Assembly (NCBI RefSeq): GCF_947492555.1
Contig: NZ_CANLNE010000007.1
Span: 10,302-74,301 of the forward strand
Origin: an uncultured Roseobacter sp.
Lineage (GTDB): Bacteria; Pseudomonadota; Alphaproteobacteria; Rhodobacterales; Rhodobacteraceae
Reading direction: 5' to 3'
DNA: 64,000 nucleotides
Part shown: in pieces, positions 18,003 through 27,208 of the stretch
How positions within the stretch are numbered: the stretch's first letter is position 1
Layout of the letters: the number at the start of each line of letters is the position of its first letter
The notes under the pieces: model-generated
Told to the model about the DNA's origin: nothing
Database searches by the model: none
Seen by the model: only the letters and a program-made list of their open reading frames with translations
Made by a program: the position numbers and the translations under genes

Positions 18003-19920
18003 CGTTCTTCTTCTTGGCTGGAATGCAAAGGGGCTTCGTGGCTATTTGCGCGATGCAAAAATTGCCCTAAAACCGGACAAGTATCGTCATGTCTTAGTTC
18101 AGATGCCAAACGGAACCGGCAAAACGACAACGATGGCTCTTTTGCGCTCAGCGCTTACGGGTCAACTAGATCCTTCGCTGTCGATCTCCTCACTTCAGGC
18201 TGACCGAACGACAAAGGAGGGACACTTTGAACTTCACTTATCAGTCTATGGCGAACGGCTATCCATTCGGCTCGAATGCGATTTCGAGATGGGGCGACAC
18301 TATTTCTACACAACCACCGTCGAAGCCGGACGGCAGAATGGGCACCTGCTGAGTACAGTCGACCCCGCATTGGCGGACGCTCTTGAGAGAAGTATCGAGC
18401 TGTTTGTGTTCGACGGCGAACTTGCGCAAAACATGCTTAAGGACGGTGCTGCTGCTGCGGACAGAGCTATTGAAGCCCTTTACAAGACCGATGCTTTTGA
18501 AGACCTGGTGAACAAAATTGGTGTCCTCAAAGAGAATCGAAAAAAGCTGAATAAGGATATCACCACCGCATCTGAGCAATCGGCGGTCAATCGGCTTGAA
18601 CGTGAGTATGAAGAGGCCAAAGAGATACTTGCGAAACTCACGCAAGAGAAGGACGGCTTGGATCGATCTCTTGCGAAGATCGACCGTCGGACCGCAGAGA
18701 TAACGGACCGCCTCGAAGAGCTCGGCCTCGAGGATCAAGCATTTAAGAATCGTCAAAAAGACATCGAAGATCGTGACCAAAAGGCGAGAAATGATATTTC
18801 GCGTTTCGCAACCGAAGCGGTTTCAAGTTTCAGATTGCCGCTAAGCCTTCATTCCCGTGTTGGAGAAAGACTTACAACACTCAACAACACATTGGAAACT
18901 AGGCGGCTTCCGCGCTCGTCAAAATCGTTCTTTGAGGAGCTCGCTACCAAGAAAAATTGTATATGCGGTGAAGAGATCGATGAGGCAAAGCGGAAATACA
19001 TTCTCTCACACGCAGACGATCATCTTGGTGATGAGCAAGTCCAAGTCATTAACGATATTAAGTACAAGCTCAAAGACGGATTCGACCGCCGTTGGTTTTC
19101 TGCCGTCGTCAATGACCTTAGTGAAGCTGAGGATCGTTTGACCAGCATAGCTCAGGAACGCGCTAGGCTGGATATCGAGAAGGCAGAAGCAGGCATGGAG
19201 GAGGTCGAAAGGCTTACATCCGAGCGAGAAGCACTTCAGGCAGAGCAAGCGCGGAAGTCTCAGGCTCTGCAATTCTTGACGGAGGTACCAATCTCGATAC
19301 ACGAGGCTGACTGGAAGAGAAACCTTCCAGCATGCAAGGAAGAGGAAGGCAAGCGCCGTAAGGCTTTCGAAATGGCTAGCGGCAATAACCGATACTTCAC
19401 AGCCGCGGACAAGTTAATTCGTGCAACTCAACGTGCTCGCAAGCTCGCGAAAGAACGGCTACAAGTGTTCGTGAAAGACCGAACAAACTCCCAACTCGAA
19501 AAAATCTTGGATAGCGAGATCATTCGTGTTTCCAGGATCGATGGCCGCCTTCATTTGGTGAATGAAGAAAACCTCCCGAAAGACAGCGCCAGCGAGGGCC
19601 AAAAACTTGCGGTGTGCTACGCATTTCTGACAGCCCTTTTGGCAGAAGCCCCGGCGCGCTTGCCGTTCATTGTAGATTCCCCTGCAGTCTCTCTGGACCT
19701 TGTTCTCCGGCAAAACGTTGGGGCTCTCATTCCCAAGATATTCGATCAATTAATTGTCTTCGTTATCTCCAGTGAGCGTGAAGGTTTCGCAGACTCGTTT
19801 GAGAAACGAACAGACACGCAGTTTGTCACTGCCTCAATCAATCAAGCTGACGGATCCGTTCTCATAGATGAAAGCAAGAGCACCTTCTTCCAATTCCAAA
19901 GCGGAGCGGTGTCCTCATGA
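17989..19920 (+). CDS. pbeC: Rad50/SbcC-like ABC ATPase with CxC hook; PbeC-like
   Basis: Walker A MPNGTGKTT, long coiled coils with central CICG, signature ASEGQK, Walker B FIVDSP; symbol assigned from synteny. Confidence 0.8.
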   Translation: MTSNNVLLLGWNAKGLRGYLRDAKIALKPDKYRHVLVQMPNGTGKTTTMALLRSALTGQLDPSLSISSLQADRTTKEGHFELHLSVYGERLSIRLECDFEMGRHYFYTTTVEAGRQNGHLLSTVDPALADALERSIELFVFDGELAQNMLKDGAAAADRAIEALYKTDAFEDLVNKIGVLKENRKKLNKDITTASEQSAVNRLEREYEEAKEILAKLTQEKDGLDRSLAKIDRRTAEITDRLEELGLEDQAFKNRQKDIEDRDQKARNDISRFATEAVSSFRLPLSLHSRVGERLTTLNNTLETRRLPRSSKSFFEELATKKNCICGEEIDEAKRKYILSHADDHLGDEQVQVINDIKYKLKDGFDRRWFSAVVNDLSEAEDRLTSIAQERARLDIEKAEAGMEEVERLTSEREALQAEQARKSQALQFLTEVPISIHEADWKRNLPACKEEEGKRRKAFEMASGNNRYFTAADKLIRATQRARKLAKERLQVFVKDRTNSQLEKILDSEIIRVSRIDGRLHLVNEENLPKDSASEGQKLAVCYAFLTALLAEAPARLPFIVDSPAVSLDLVLRQNVGALIPKIFDQLIVFVISSEREGFADSFEKRTDTQFVTASINQADGSVLIDESKSTFFQFQSGAVSS

Positions 19921-20441
19921 GTTCTGAACTGGTCACACGTGCACGTGGGTTTGTGCTCCACGAAGCCGCACGCGGCTACTTTGGCTACATCGATCAAAGA
20001 ATGTTCAGCAGAACCAGATCGTCAGATGCAGCGCGCGGTTCGCTTATTCTCTTTGATGCCTATTATGCAGGACTCATGCTGGGCCTCACCTACAGGAAAA
20101 CAGGTACTCCTGAGATGCTTGATCGGGCGGGCATATTCATTCAGACCTATCCGAATGAATATGAGCCGTACCGCGAGTACATTGCAGGCTTGCTCGTTGA
20201 TGCAGAGGTTACTGCTCTTCATTCTGAAGATTACTCCGAACAACAGCTTGAGAAGTCGATCGCGAAGCTTCTTCAAGTCGCCTCTCCTACGCGCTTGTCC
20301 CCGGAAGGCATGCACATCCTGAATCTGTATGCCGCGGGAGGCTTTGAGCTTCTTCGTAGCAATATGGGCGCCAAGCCGTCTGATCCGTCAAATTTCTTAA
20401 TTCGCTACCAAGCTTTACTCGAAAATGAAACTGGGCAGTAA
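19917..20441 (+). CDS. hypothetical protein with DndE-like character; PbeD-like (174 aa)
   Basis: ATGA overlap with the ATPase; C-terminal NLYAAGGFELL resembles the YAxGGxExL motif of dnd-associated DndE-like proteins. Confidence 0.65.
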   Translation: MSSELVTRARGFVLHEAARGYFGYIDQRMFSRTRSSDAARGSLILFDAYYAGLMLGLTYRKTGTPEMLDRAGIFIQTYPNEYEPYREYIAGLLVDAEVTALHSEDYSEQQLEKSIAKLLQVASPTRLSPEGMHILNLYAAGGFELLRSNMGAKPSDPSNFLIRYQALLENETGQ

Positions 20442-20447
20442 CTTTTG

Positions 20448-22274
20448 ATGGAACGAGTCTCGGACCTACTCTGCCAGCGCGCGACACCGACTACCGTATC
20501 TGGTCTTTTTGGCGGAATGACTCTCTTTCGCGTGCCAGCGTACCAACGTGCATATGAGTGGACGGATGAGCAGATAGACGCCTTCATCGACGATGTTCGC
20601 AGGTGTTGGCAAAAGCGTATCAACGGTGAACGTGAGCGACACTTTTTTGGATCCGTGGTAACCGCGCCTCGAGACCCTGGCGGTCTGGTTCGCCCACGAC
20701 GGGATGTGATAGACGGGCAGCAGCGGTTTGCCACTTTTCTCCTTTTCGTGGCGGCGCTACGGCAACACTGTTTGCTGGCAGCGGCCGAGTTTGGTGCGGA
20801 TGATGCACAGCGCGGAACCGCCTTGAGCACAATGGCGGAAACTCTCCAGTTCCGTTTCATCATGAGCAGAGATCTCGATTTCATGGAGGCCAGGGACGTT
20901 TATCCCCTGACCTTGAATGAGACCGATGACGCCTATTTCAAAGCATTGTTGCGAGGCGATCATGTAGAAGAAGTAGCTCAATCTCACTACCTGCTAAAGG
21001 CTGCGTTTGACGCATGTTTTGCAATGCTTCAGGGGCATCGCGAGGCGACCGGGTCCACCGCGCTTGAATTCAATGCGCTGAACCAATTCTACGCCAGTGC
21101 TCTCGAAGACTGGGAAGTCGTTCATATTGAGGCTAATGCACCGGAGCACGCCAGCCTCATTTTCAGGGTGTTGAACAACAGAGGTCTTCCCGTCAGCGAT
21201 TGTGATCTTCTCCGGGCAACCACCATGGAACGGGCAGAACAAAGGCTGGAACCAGCAGAGCGAGATGAGCTATCTGATGCTTGGAAGGAAATCGGTGGCA
21301 TTGCCGAAAACCCCGACACCTATCTTCAATTGGCATATCAGACTCGTACGGGAAAACGCTTCAACACAGCGAGGACATCAACAGAGTTTGAAGCGATGCA
21401 TTTTGAGGAGCTTTCAAGCGGTGATCTTCTCGGTGCAGCAGAGGCAAGGTCACTTCTTCAGAGTGTGCAAACCCTGAAGACCGACATGGTAATGATGAAG
21501 GCTTTGACCGGTGGCGACATCGCCGGTGGGGGTCTGCAATTGACACCGGTCATGGCTCATCGACTGGCATTCACCCTAGGAGACCTAAAGCAGCACTGGA
21601 TACTCCCCCTGGTCTGCGCATCGCGAAGCCTCAATGCCGATCATCGCGAGCGACTGCTTTGTGTTTTGGAGCGGTTTGCATTCCGGTATGGGGTCTTGGC
21701 GCGCGCGCGGATTGCGGAATACGATCGCAGGATGGGGCCCATTATTACACTTCTGAACACATCGCCAGCTGACTATCGATTGCCCGAAGTCGAAGCGATT
21801 TTGACGGATCTTCTAGATAGATACGCGACCAGAGAGGCGATGGAGCGTCAATTAGATGGGCTCGAGTACGAGCGACACAAGAAAGAGTTGAAGTACATTC
21901 TAGCCATGAGCGAATTCATGTCGGCGTGGTATGATGGCCAGGCGAACGGTCGACCAACCGTTCATGCGCCCAATGTACCGATCGATATCCGCGCAATGAC
22001 CCTGGAGCATATCAGTCCGCAGAACCCTGAAGAGGCAGGGGCAGAAATGCTACCTCACTTGCATAAACTTGGAAACCTTACCTTGCTCAGCCAAGATGAG
22101 AATGATCGTGCCGGAAACAGGCCTTTCGTTGACAAGAAGCCGGTCCTTCAAGGTTCTCGCCTGTCGATCAATCAGAACATCGCCGAGGAGGATAAATGGG
22201 GGGCCGAACAGGCCATCGCGCGACAAGACGCATTGCGAGATCAAGCGATGAGAGTATTTGATTTAACGTTTTGA
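20448..22274 (+). CDS. DUF262 (DGQQR) + DUF1524 HNH nuclease; GmrSD/SspE-like
   Basis: VPAYQRAYEW, IDGQQR, FRVLNNRG; C-terminal LEHISPQ...LGNLTLL..EN. Confidence 0.88.
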   Translation: MERVSDLLCQRATPTTVSGLFGGMTLFRVPAYQRAYEWTDEQIDAFIDDVRRCWQKRINGERERHFFGSVVTAPRDPGGLVRPRRDVIDGQQRFATFLLFVAALRQHCLLAAAEFGADDAQRGTALSTMAETLQFRFIMSRDLDFMEARDVYPLTLNETDDAYFKALLRGDHVEEVAQSHYLLKAAFDACFAMLQGHREATGSTALEFNALNQFYASALEDWEVVHIEANAPEHASLIFRVLNNRGLPVSDCDLLRATTMERAEQRLEPAERDELSDAWKEIGGIAENPDTYLQLAYQTRTGKRFNTARTSTEFEAMHFEELSSGDLLGAAEARSLLQSVQTLKTDMVMMKALTGGDIAGGGLQLTPVMAHRLAFTLGDLKQHWILPLVCASRSLNADHRERLLCVLERFAFRYGVLARARIAEYDRRMGPIITLLNTSPADYRLPEVEAILTDLLDRYATREAMERQLDGLEYERHKKELKYILAMSEFMSAWYDGQANGRPTVHAPNVPIDIRAMTLEHISPQNPEEAGAEMLPHLHKLGNLTLLSQDENDRAGNRPFVDKKPVLQGSRLSINQNIAEEDKWGAEQAIARQDALRDQAMRVFDLTF

Positions 22275-22276
22275 GT

Positions 22277-23449
22277 TCAGGCCGCGCTGCCAACGCGGCC
22301 CCGCCTGATGTCAGCAACCGCTTGAATGAACAGTTCAGCCGTTGTCTCAATCTGTTCGTCGGTCGTGCCATAGCCCAAGCCCAGTCGAAACGCGTTTTTT
22401 GTACGCTCCGTTCCTGCACCAAACATGGCCTCAAGGACATGAGAGTCCTCTACTGATTGCGTCGAACAAGCGCTGGAGCTTGAAAAGGTGATCTGGTCGG
22501 TCAGACGTCGCATCAGCGCAAAGGGCTCAACCGATGGGATCGAAAGATTCAGAGAATTGGGAATTCGAGATGCTTCATTCCCATTCACCCATGCCCCCGT
22601 TTCTTCTACAAGTCGGCGCTCCAGCTTATCCCTCAGGTCATTGATGCTCTCAGCATCGCCGAGGCGGGATTGTCGCAATTCAAAAGCCGCCCCAAGCCCA
22701 ACAATCCCGGCTGTGTTGAGCGTTCCAGAGCGAAGTCCTCGCTCCTGACCCCCTCCCCGGTTGATCGGCTCAAGCGCCACATGCGGGCGGCGCCGACGAC
22801 AATAGAGGACCCCAATTCCCTTGGGACCATACATTTTGTGACCAGATAGGCTTGCAAGGTGGATGTTTGCGTCTTGAACGTCGATCTTCTCGTAGGCTAT
22901 CAACTGTGTCAGATCGCTGTGAAACAGAGCACCGTATCGCTCACACAAATACCCAATTTCTGAAAGCGGGTGGCGCACGCCGGTCTCGTTGTTGGCGGCC
23001 ATACAGCTTACGAGTGCCACCCCTTTTTTGAGTTCTGCCTCGAGCCGGTCCAAATCAATCCTGCCCTGTACGTCCACTGAAAGGACGATCACGTCTTCGG
23101 CTGGACTTGAATGTTTTGCCGCTTCAAGCACAGAAGGGTGTTCTGTTGCGACCGTGATAATGCGTTGGTTGTCCGATCGGCGCGGACTGGCGACCACACC
23201 TTTGATGGCGAGATTGTTCGCCTCGGTTGCGCCGCTTACAAAGACTATGTCGGCCGGTCTTGCGCCAATTCCCTTCGCGATATGTTCGCGCGCGCGTTCG
23301 ATGGCTGCGGCTGCGGCGGCGCCATCAGGGTGGTCTATTGCCGAGGGGTTGCCTGTCAATTCGCGCATGGCGTCAACAACACGATCAATCACCATCTCAT
23401 CGACTGGCGTTGAGGCGTTGTGATCAAGATAAATTGACCCGGGAGTCAT
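22277..23449 (-). CDS. dndA: cysteine desulfurase DndA (IscS family)
   Basis: YLDHNASTP, SGHKMYGPKGIG (PLP lysine), SSSSACS (catalytic Cys); last gene of the dnd operon. Confidence 0.92.
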   Translation of the reverse strand: MTPGSIYLDHNASTPVDEMVIDRVVDAMRELTGNPSAIDHPDGAAAAAAIERAREHIAKGIGARPADIVFVSGATEANNLAIKGVVASPRRSDNQRIITVATEHPSVLEAAKHSSPAEDVIVLSVDVQGRIDLDRLEAELKKGVALVSCMAANNETGVRHPLSEIGYLCERYGALFHSDLTQLIAYEKIDVQDANIHLASLSGHKMYGPKGIGVLYCRRRRPHVALEPINRGGGQERGLRSGTLNTAGIVGLGAAFELRQSRLGDAESINDLRDKLERRLVEETGAWVNGNEASRIPNSLNLSIPSVEPFALMRRLTDQITFSSSSACSTQSVEDSHVLEAMFGAGTERTKNAFRLGLGYGTTDEQIETTAELFIQAVADIRRGRVGSAA

Positions 23450-23823
23450 GCCGCATCTCCTGCCAGAAGCCTTGCTGCATCAGCTGGCGAGTTTATGCGA
23501 ATTGCGATGTAACCAATGCCGCGGTCGATATGGCATCTCAGGCGTCGCATTAGGTCTTCGTCATCTAATTCTGCTCCGCTTTGCCCTTGCTCGACAAGTA
23601 TCAGCATTGAAAGGAATATCGGTTGGTCGGATCCAAAGAGCGTATAGGCGTTAAATTCCTGCCCATTTTCCTCCGGTGGAACCATGTCGCCAACTGGTCC
23701 TGTCTCGAGTGAGGCGGTCAGAGCCATCCGGCACAGGAGGTTCGGTGTGAGGCCGCTGCGTTGACGCAACATACGGAGACGGCCAGTTGCCTCAGTTGAT
23801 ACTCTGAGCTTTGTAAAATGCAT
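23446..23823 (-). CDS. dndE: DNA phosphorothioation protein DndE
   Basis: LRVSTEATGRLRMLRQRSGLTPNLLCRMAL, RCHIDRG; downstream of dndD. Confidence 0.9.
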   Translation of the reverse strand: MHFTKLRVSTEATGRLRMLRQRSGLTPNLLCRMALTASLETGPVGDMVPPEENGQEFNAYTLFGSDQPIFLSMLILVEQGQSGAELDDEDLMRRLRCHIDRGIGYIAIRINSPADAARLLAGDAA

Positions 23824-25763
23824 CAGACTAGTTCCGCTGAAAGATCGCCAACCGGAAAAAGTGTCGTGCGTCTTGCTTCCGCGGTCGCCTCAAGCTTGTA
23901 GGTCCGTGCTACATGCGCTCCGAGGGACTTGGCTAGGGAGGGTGTCATTTCCGTATCGGTGCAAAGCAAGATTACCTGATGGCTTGCAGTTGGCAGATAG
24001 TCTCGAACAATTGCCAATCGGTGGCTTTGGTCAAGCCTTGAGAAAGGGGTGTCGATCACGATCGGCAGTTGACGGCCGCTTGTCTTTCCCAAAGCCCAAA
24101 GCATGGAAATCGCATAAATCTGCCGTTCTCCTGCAGATAAGCTGTTCTTCTCGATTGTTATTCCATCACTGCCAATCAGGCTCACGCTAAAATCCGCCGG
24201 GTCGATTTCGACGCTAGAAACCAATGATTTCTTGCGGCTCAATCGGTTGAAACAGTCAACGAACTCGGCCTTTAATCTGCTGATCCTGTCCTCGAGGAGC
24301 GCAACTCCAAAAGAAGAAAGTGCGGTTTGCGCGCGCACCGCGAGAGCGATCCCGCGCTCTTCTTGAGCCAATTTCTTCAGAGCAGCTTCCTCCGACCTGA
24401 ACTTGCGCTCTATCGCTTCAATATCACGCAAAAGCCGATCTATTCCTTCGTCGCAGAACTGCAGATCACGTTCCAAACCCCCAAGAGTGCGCTCAGCCTC
24501 TTTCAAAGCGGAAAGCGCTTGTTCGGCTTGTCCCGTGTCGAACCCCTCGAGCTCCCTTTTTAACTTGGCGCGAAGCTCTCTGTTTCTGTCAAACCTGTCG
24601 GCCAAGCTTGTTACTTCTTCCTGCCGCCCATCAGTCAGACAGTCCAGACGCCGCAAAATCCAATCTGGTTCTGCCAACAGACGTGGTCCCTGCCCTCCTG
24701 CATCTCCCTTCGTCACAGCACGCAAATCATCAAAATGCTGACTGGACCAGATGTTGCCTTTCTCGTTGGGTATGCTTGATTGCCGCTCAAACGCATCAAT
24801 GAAGGCGCGAATCGCGATCGCGTGAGTGCCCTGCCGCGCCTCAGTACAGGTTTGGTAAAAATGCTGTACCAATGTGGGCGCTAAACCTAGCGGCAACAGA
24901 TCGTTGGCCGCGCGCTTCAGTTGCGTGCTCAACTCGGACTGGTCTATCTCTGCGCTTCGAAGTTTGGTCAGGACGTCTTCGCGCGACAGTGCCTGCCGAC
25001 CACCTTCGTTGCGATAAGCGGCCTCGGATCGCTCCACCCGTCGCGCGGCTTGATCGCATTTGCTTTGCAGTTCGGCGCGAAGATCCTGTTGGGTTGCAAG
25101 CTCTTGTCTGAGGCGCTCCTGCTCGGACAGGAGGCGATCAATATTACCAGATGAATCCTGGTCTGCTCGCCGACTAGTATAGACAGTCAGGTCTGTCTGC
25201 AGCTGGTCGATAATGTCCAATCCCAGAAGCGATCGGATCGCATCTCTCAGCCCGAGGCTGCCATCGTCATCCGCGATCTCTTGTATCTTCTCGCCATCAA
25301 AAAAGAACAACTGTGAAAGACCGGGAGGCACAAGTTCTTCGACGTATTGCGCATATTCAGCCCGTTCCAGGTCAGAGATCGGGTGGCCTTCCCTAATAAG
25401 GTCAAGTGTTTCGACCACGGATTTTCCGCGGGATGACCAAGCGCGTTTGACCGTGTAGTTGACTTGCTGACCATTCTCCACGCGAACGAATGACAGCGTG
25501 ATGGCGGCCTCGCGCGTTGCCGCTGTCGCACTGATTTTTCTTAACAGATGCTCTTCATATGTTGATTGTGCAGTGCGTGGGCCAAGCGCTCTGCGACCGT
25601 ACAATACGAGCCGGATTGCATCGAGGAAGGTGGTTTTTCCGCCGCCATTATGCCCCAAGATGGCAACCACATTGGCACCCTCAGCCGGCACCGTCTCAAG
25701 GTCGAACGTGTGGCAACCGTCATACAGACCGACGTTCTCAAGGACTAACTCACGAAATCTCAT
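23823..25763 (-). CDS. dndD: DNA phosphorothioation ATPase DndD
   Basis: LENVGLYDG, Walker A GHNGGGKTT, LFFFDGEKI, LSAGERQ, IVIDTPFSRLD. Confidence 0.93.
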   Translation of the reverse strand: MRFRELVLENVGLYDGCHTFDLETVPAEGANVVAILGHNGGGKTTFLDAIRLVLYGRRALGPRTAQSTYEEHLLRKISATAATREAAITLSFVRVENGQQVNYTVKRAWSSRGKSVVETLDLIREGHPISDLERAEYAQYVEELVPPGLSQLFFFDGEKIQEIADDDGSLGLRDAIRSLLGLDIIDQLQTDLTVYTSRRADQDSSGNIDRLLSEQERLRQELATQQDLRAELQSKCDQAARRVERSEAAYRNEGGRQALSREDVLTKLRSAEIDQSELSTQLKRAANDLLPLGLAPTLVQHFYQTCTEARQGTHAIAIRAFIDAFERQSSIPNEKGNIWSSQHFDDLRAVTKGDAGGQGPRLLAEPDWILRRLDCLTDGRQEEVTSLADRFDRNRELRAKLKRELEGFDTGQAEQALSALKEAERTLGGLERDLQFCDEGIDRLLRDIEAIERKFRSEEAALKKLAQEERGIALAVRAQTALSSFGVALLEDRISRLKAEFVDCFNRLSRKKSLVSSVEIDPADFSVSLIGSDGITIEKNSLSAGERQIYAISMLWALGKTSGRQLPIVIDTPFSRLDQSHRLAIVRDYLPTASHQVILLCTDTEMTPSLAKSLGAHVARTYKLEATAEARRTTLFPVGDLSAELV

Positions 25764-27208
25764 AAGTTCGGCGCCTCGTTTGCCGCGCCCTCTTCTTCCA
25801 GCTCGGCAGCCAAATTTGCCAGAACTTCGTCCTCCGAGCGCCATTCCTTTTCAAGGATGCTTGCAATGCGCGTGTGGATCGATGACCTGCGACGCATGCC
25901 CTGAACCGAACGTTCGGCATCCAGCAGTTCGCCCATCATTTGGATTGGAAGGTCGTGTTCCTGGCAAACTTGGCGCAAAATGTCGCCATCGGCGGACGAA
26001 AACTCGAAGTCGTCGGCTTCGTGCGCATGGAGTTCTTTACCGAGCACATCCTTTACAATCTGATAGGCACTATTGGCCCAATCACCCAACTCACGTCGCC
26101 AAATGCGCTGAATCTCGTGGATTTCTGCTTCATGGATCAGCGTCGGAGCAGGCTCATCTGTGACGAGATTCGCCGCCTCCCTCTGTGCTTCCAACAACCT
26201 TTTGAGCACCTCTTGGCGGAAATCGCGTTTGTAGGGCCCGGGTATCAACCCATCGCCTGAGCGATTGAGCGTTATCTTCCCAGTGCGCCTGCGGAAATCT
26301 CGCACGACTTTCTTGCGCTCTGGATCCAGCGTCTCCGCCAGGAAGTCTCTAACGTCCAAGAGCGGTTCGAGCCATTCCTCGCCGTTGTCGACCATCGCCT
26401 CCATTGCTTTGTCCTTTGTGACGACAGTGCATACCCAGCAACCAAACCGGGAGTTGCCGCAGCTTTCGGTGTTTTTATCGACCACCAGCGGGCACTCACC
26501 CGCCTGAGCGTTGCGATACATCTTGAGAAGCTGACGATTGTCAGCTCCCCACGGTGACGGCGTTTGCAGGATATAGTCCCAAACGTCATCAACCGAGAGC
26601 GCCTCAATCGGTGTGAAAACATACGCACCCAAGAGCGACGAATGCCGCGAAAACAGACTCCCCTCCAGCCGGTGAAGCGCCATTACTTGCGCGCGTGTTG
26701 CGCTTTCAGCGCTGCGAACACCAAGCACCATAACAACTTCGCCAAACTCTGCGACGCGGCTTTTTATGAATGCATTGGCAGGGTCTATCTTAAGTCGTTC
26801 AGTGCACCACCGGAAGCGACGTGATGGAGCCGGATAGCCGCGTCCTATTAGGTTGACCCAGAAGCTATCATTTACATCAGGCACAACCTTGTGAGCCGAA
26901 ACCGGCATGCCCTGTGCTTTCGCTGCGTCGTTTATGCGCGTGAGTGCACTATCGATATAGTCCACAATAACGGGTGTTTCGACCAGCGTATCAGAGCTCA
27001 AGACATAGATTGGTTTTTCGCGTTCGGATTTCGGTAGTGCCTGCAGTGCGCGCCATATCATCTGCAATGCGCAGGTCGAGTCCTTTCCACCACTGTAGCC
27101 GATCACCCAAGGGCGCTTGTCGTTGCAATAGGCAACGCGAATCCGTTCTTCGAGTGCATCGAACGTAAGCGCTGCGTCAGGTTCGGTCGCCTTTTTTTCT
27201 CTACTCAT
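25760..27208 (-). CDS. dndC: DNA phosphorothioation sulfurtransferase DndC (PAPS reductase family)
   Basis: WVIGYSGGKDS, RWCTERLKI, SCGNSRFGCWVCTVV. Confidence 0.95.
   Translation of the reverse strand: MSREKKATEPDAALTFDALEERIRVAYCNDKRPWVIGYSGGKDSTCALQMIWRALQALPKSEREKPIYVLSSDTLVETPVIVDYIDSALTRINDAAKAQGMPVSAHKVVPDVNDSFWVNLIGRGYPAPSRRFRWCTERLKIDPANAFIKSRVAEFGEVVMVLGVRSAESATRAQVMALHRLEGSLFSRHSSLLGAYVFTPIEALSVDDVWDYILQTPSPWGADNRQLLKMYRNAQAGECPLVVDKNTESCGNSRFGCWVCTVVTKDKAMEAMVDNGEEWLEPLLDVRDFLAETLDPERKKVVRDFRRRTGKITLNRSGDGLIPGPYKRDFRQEVLKRLLEAQREAANLVTDEPAPTLIHEAEIHEIQRIWRRELGDWANSAYQIVKDVLGKELHAHEADDFEFSSADGDILRQVCQEHDLPIQMMGELLDAERSVQGMRRRSSIHTRIASILEKEWRSEDEVLANLAAELEEEGAANEAPNL

Noticed and set aside
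15907-22274. Possible dndFGH restriction module or type III restriction enzyme
   Set aside because: Architecture (PLD-helicase, small protein, CxC ABC ATPase, DndE-like) does not fit DndF/G/H, and no adenine methyltransferase Mod subunit is present. A PbeABCD-like call fits better; similarity to Azaca-type systems was not excluded without HMMs.
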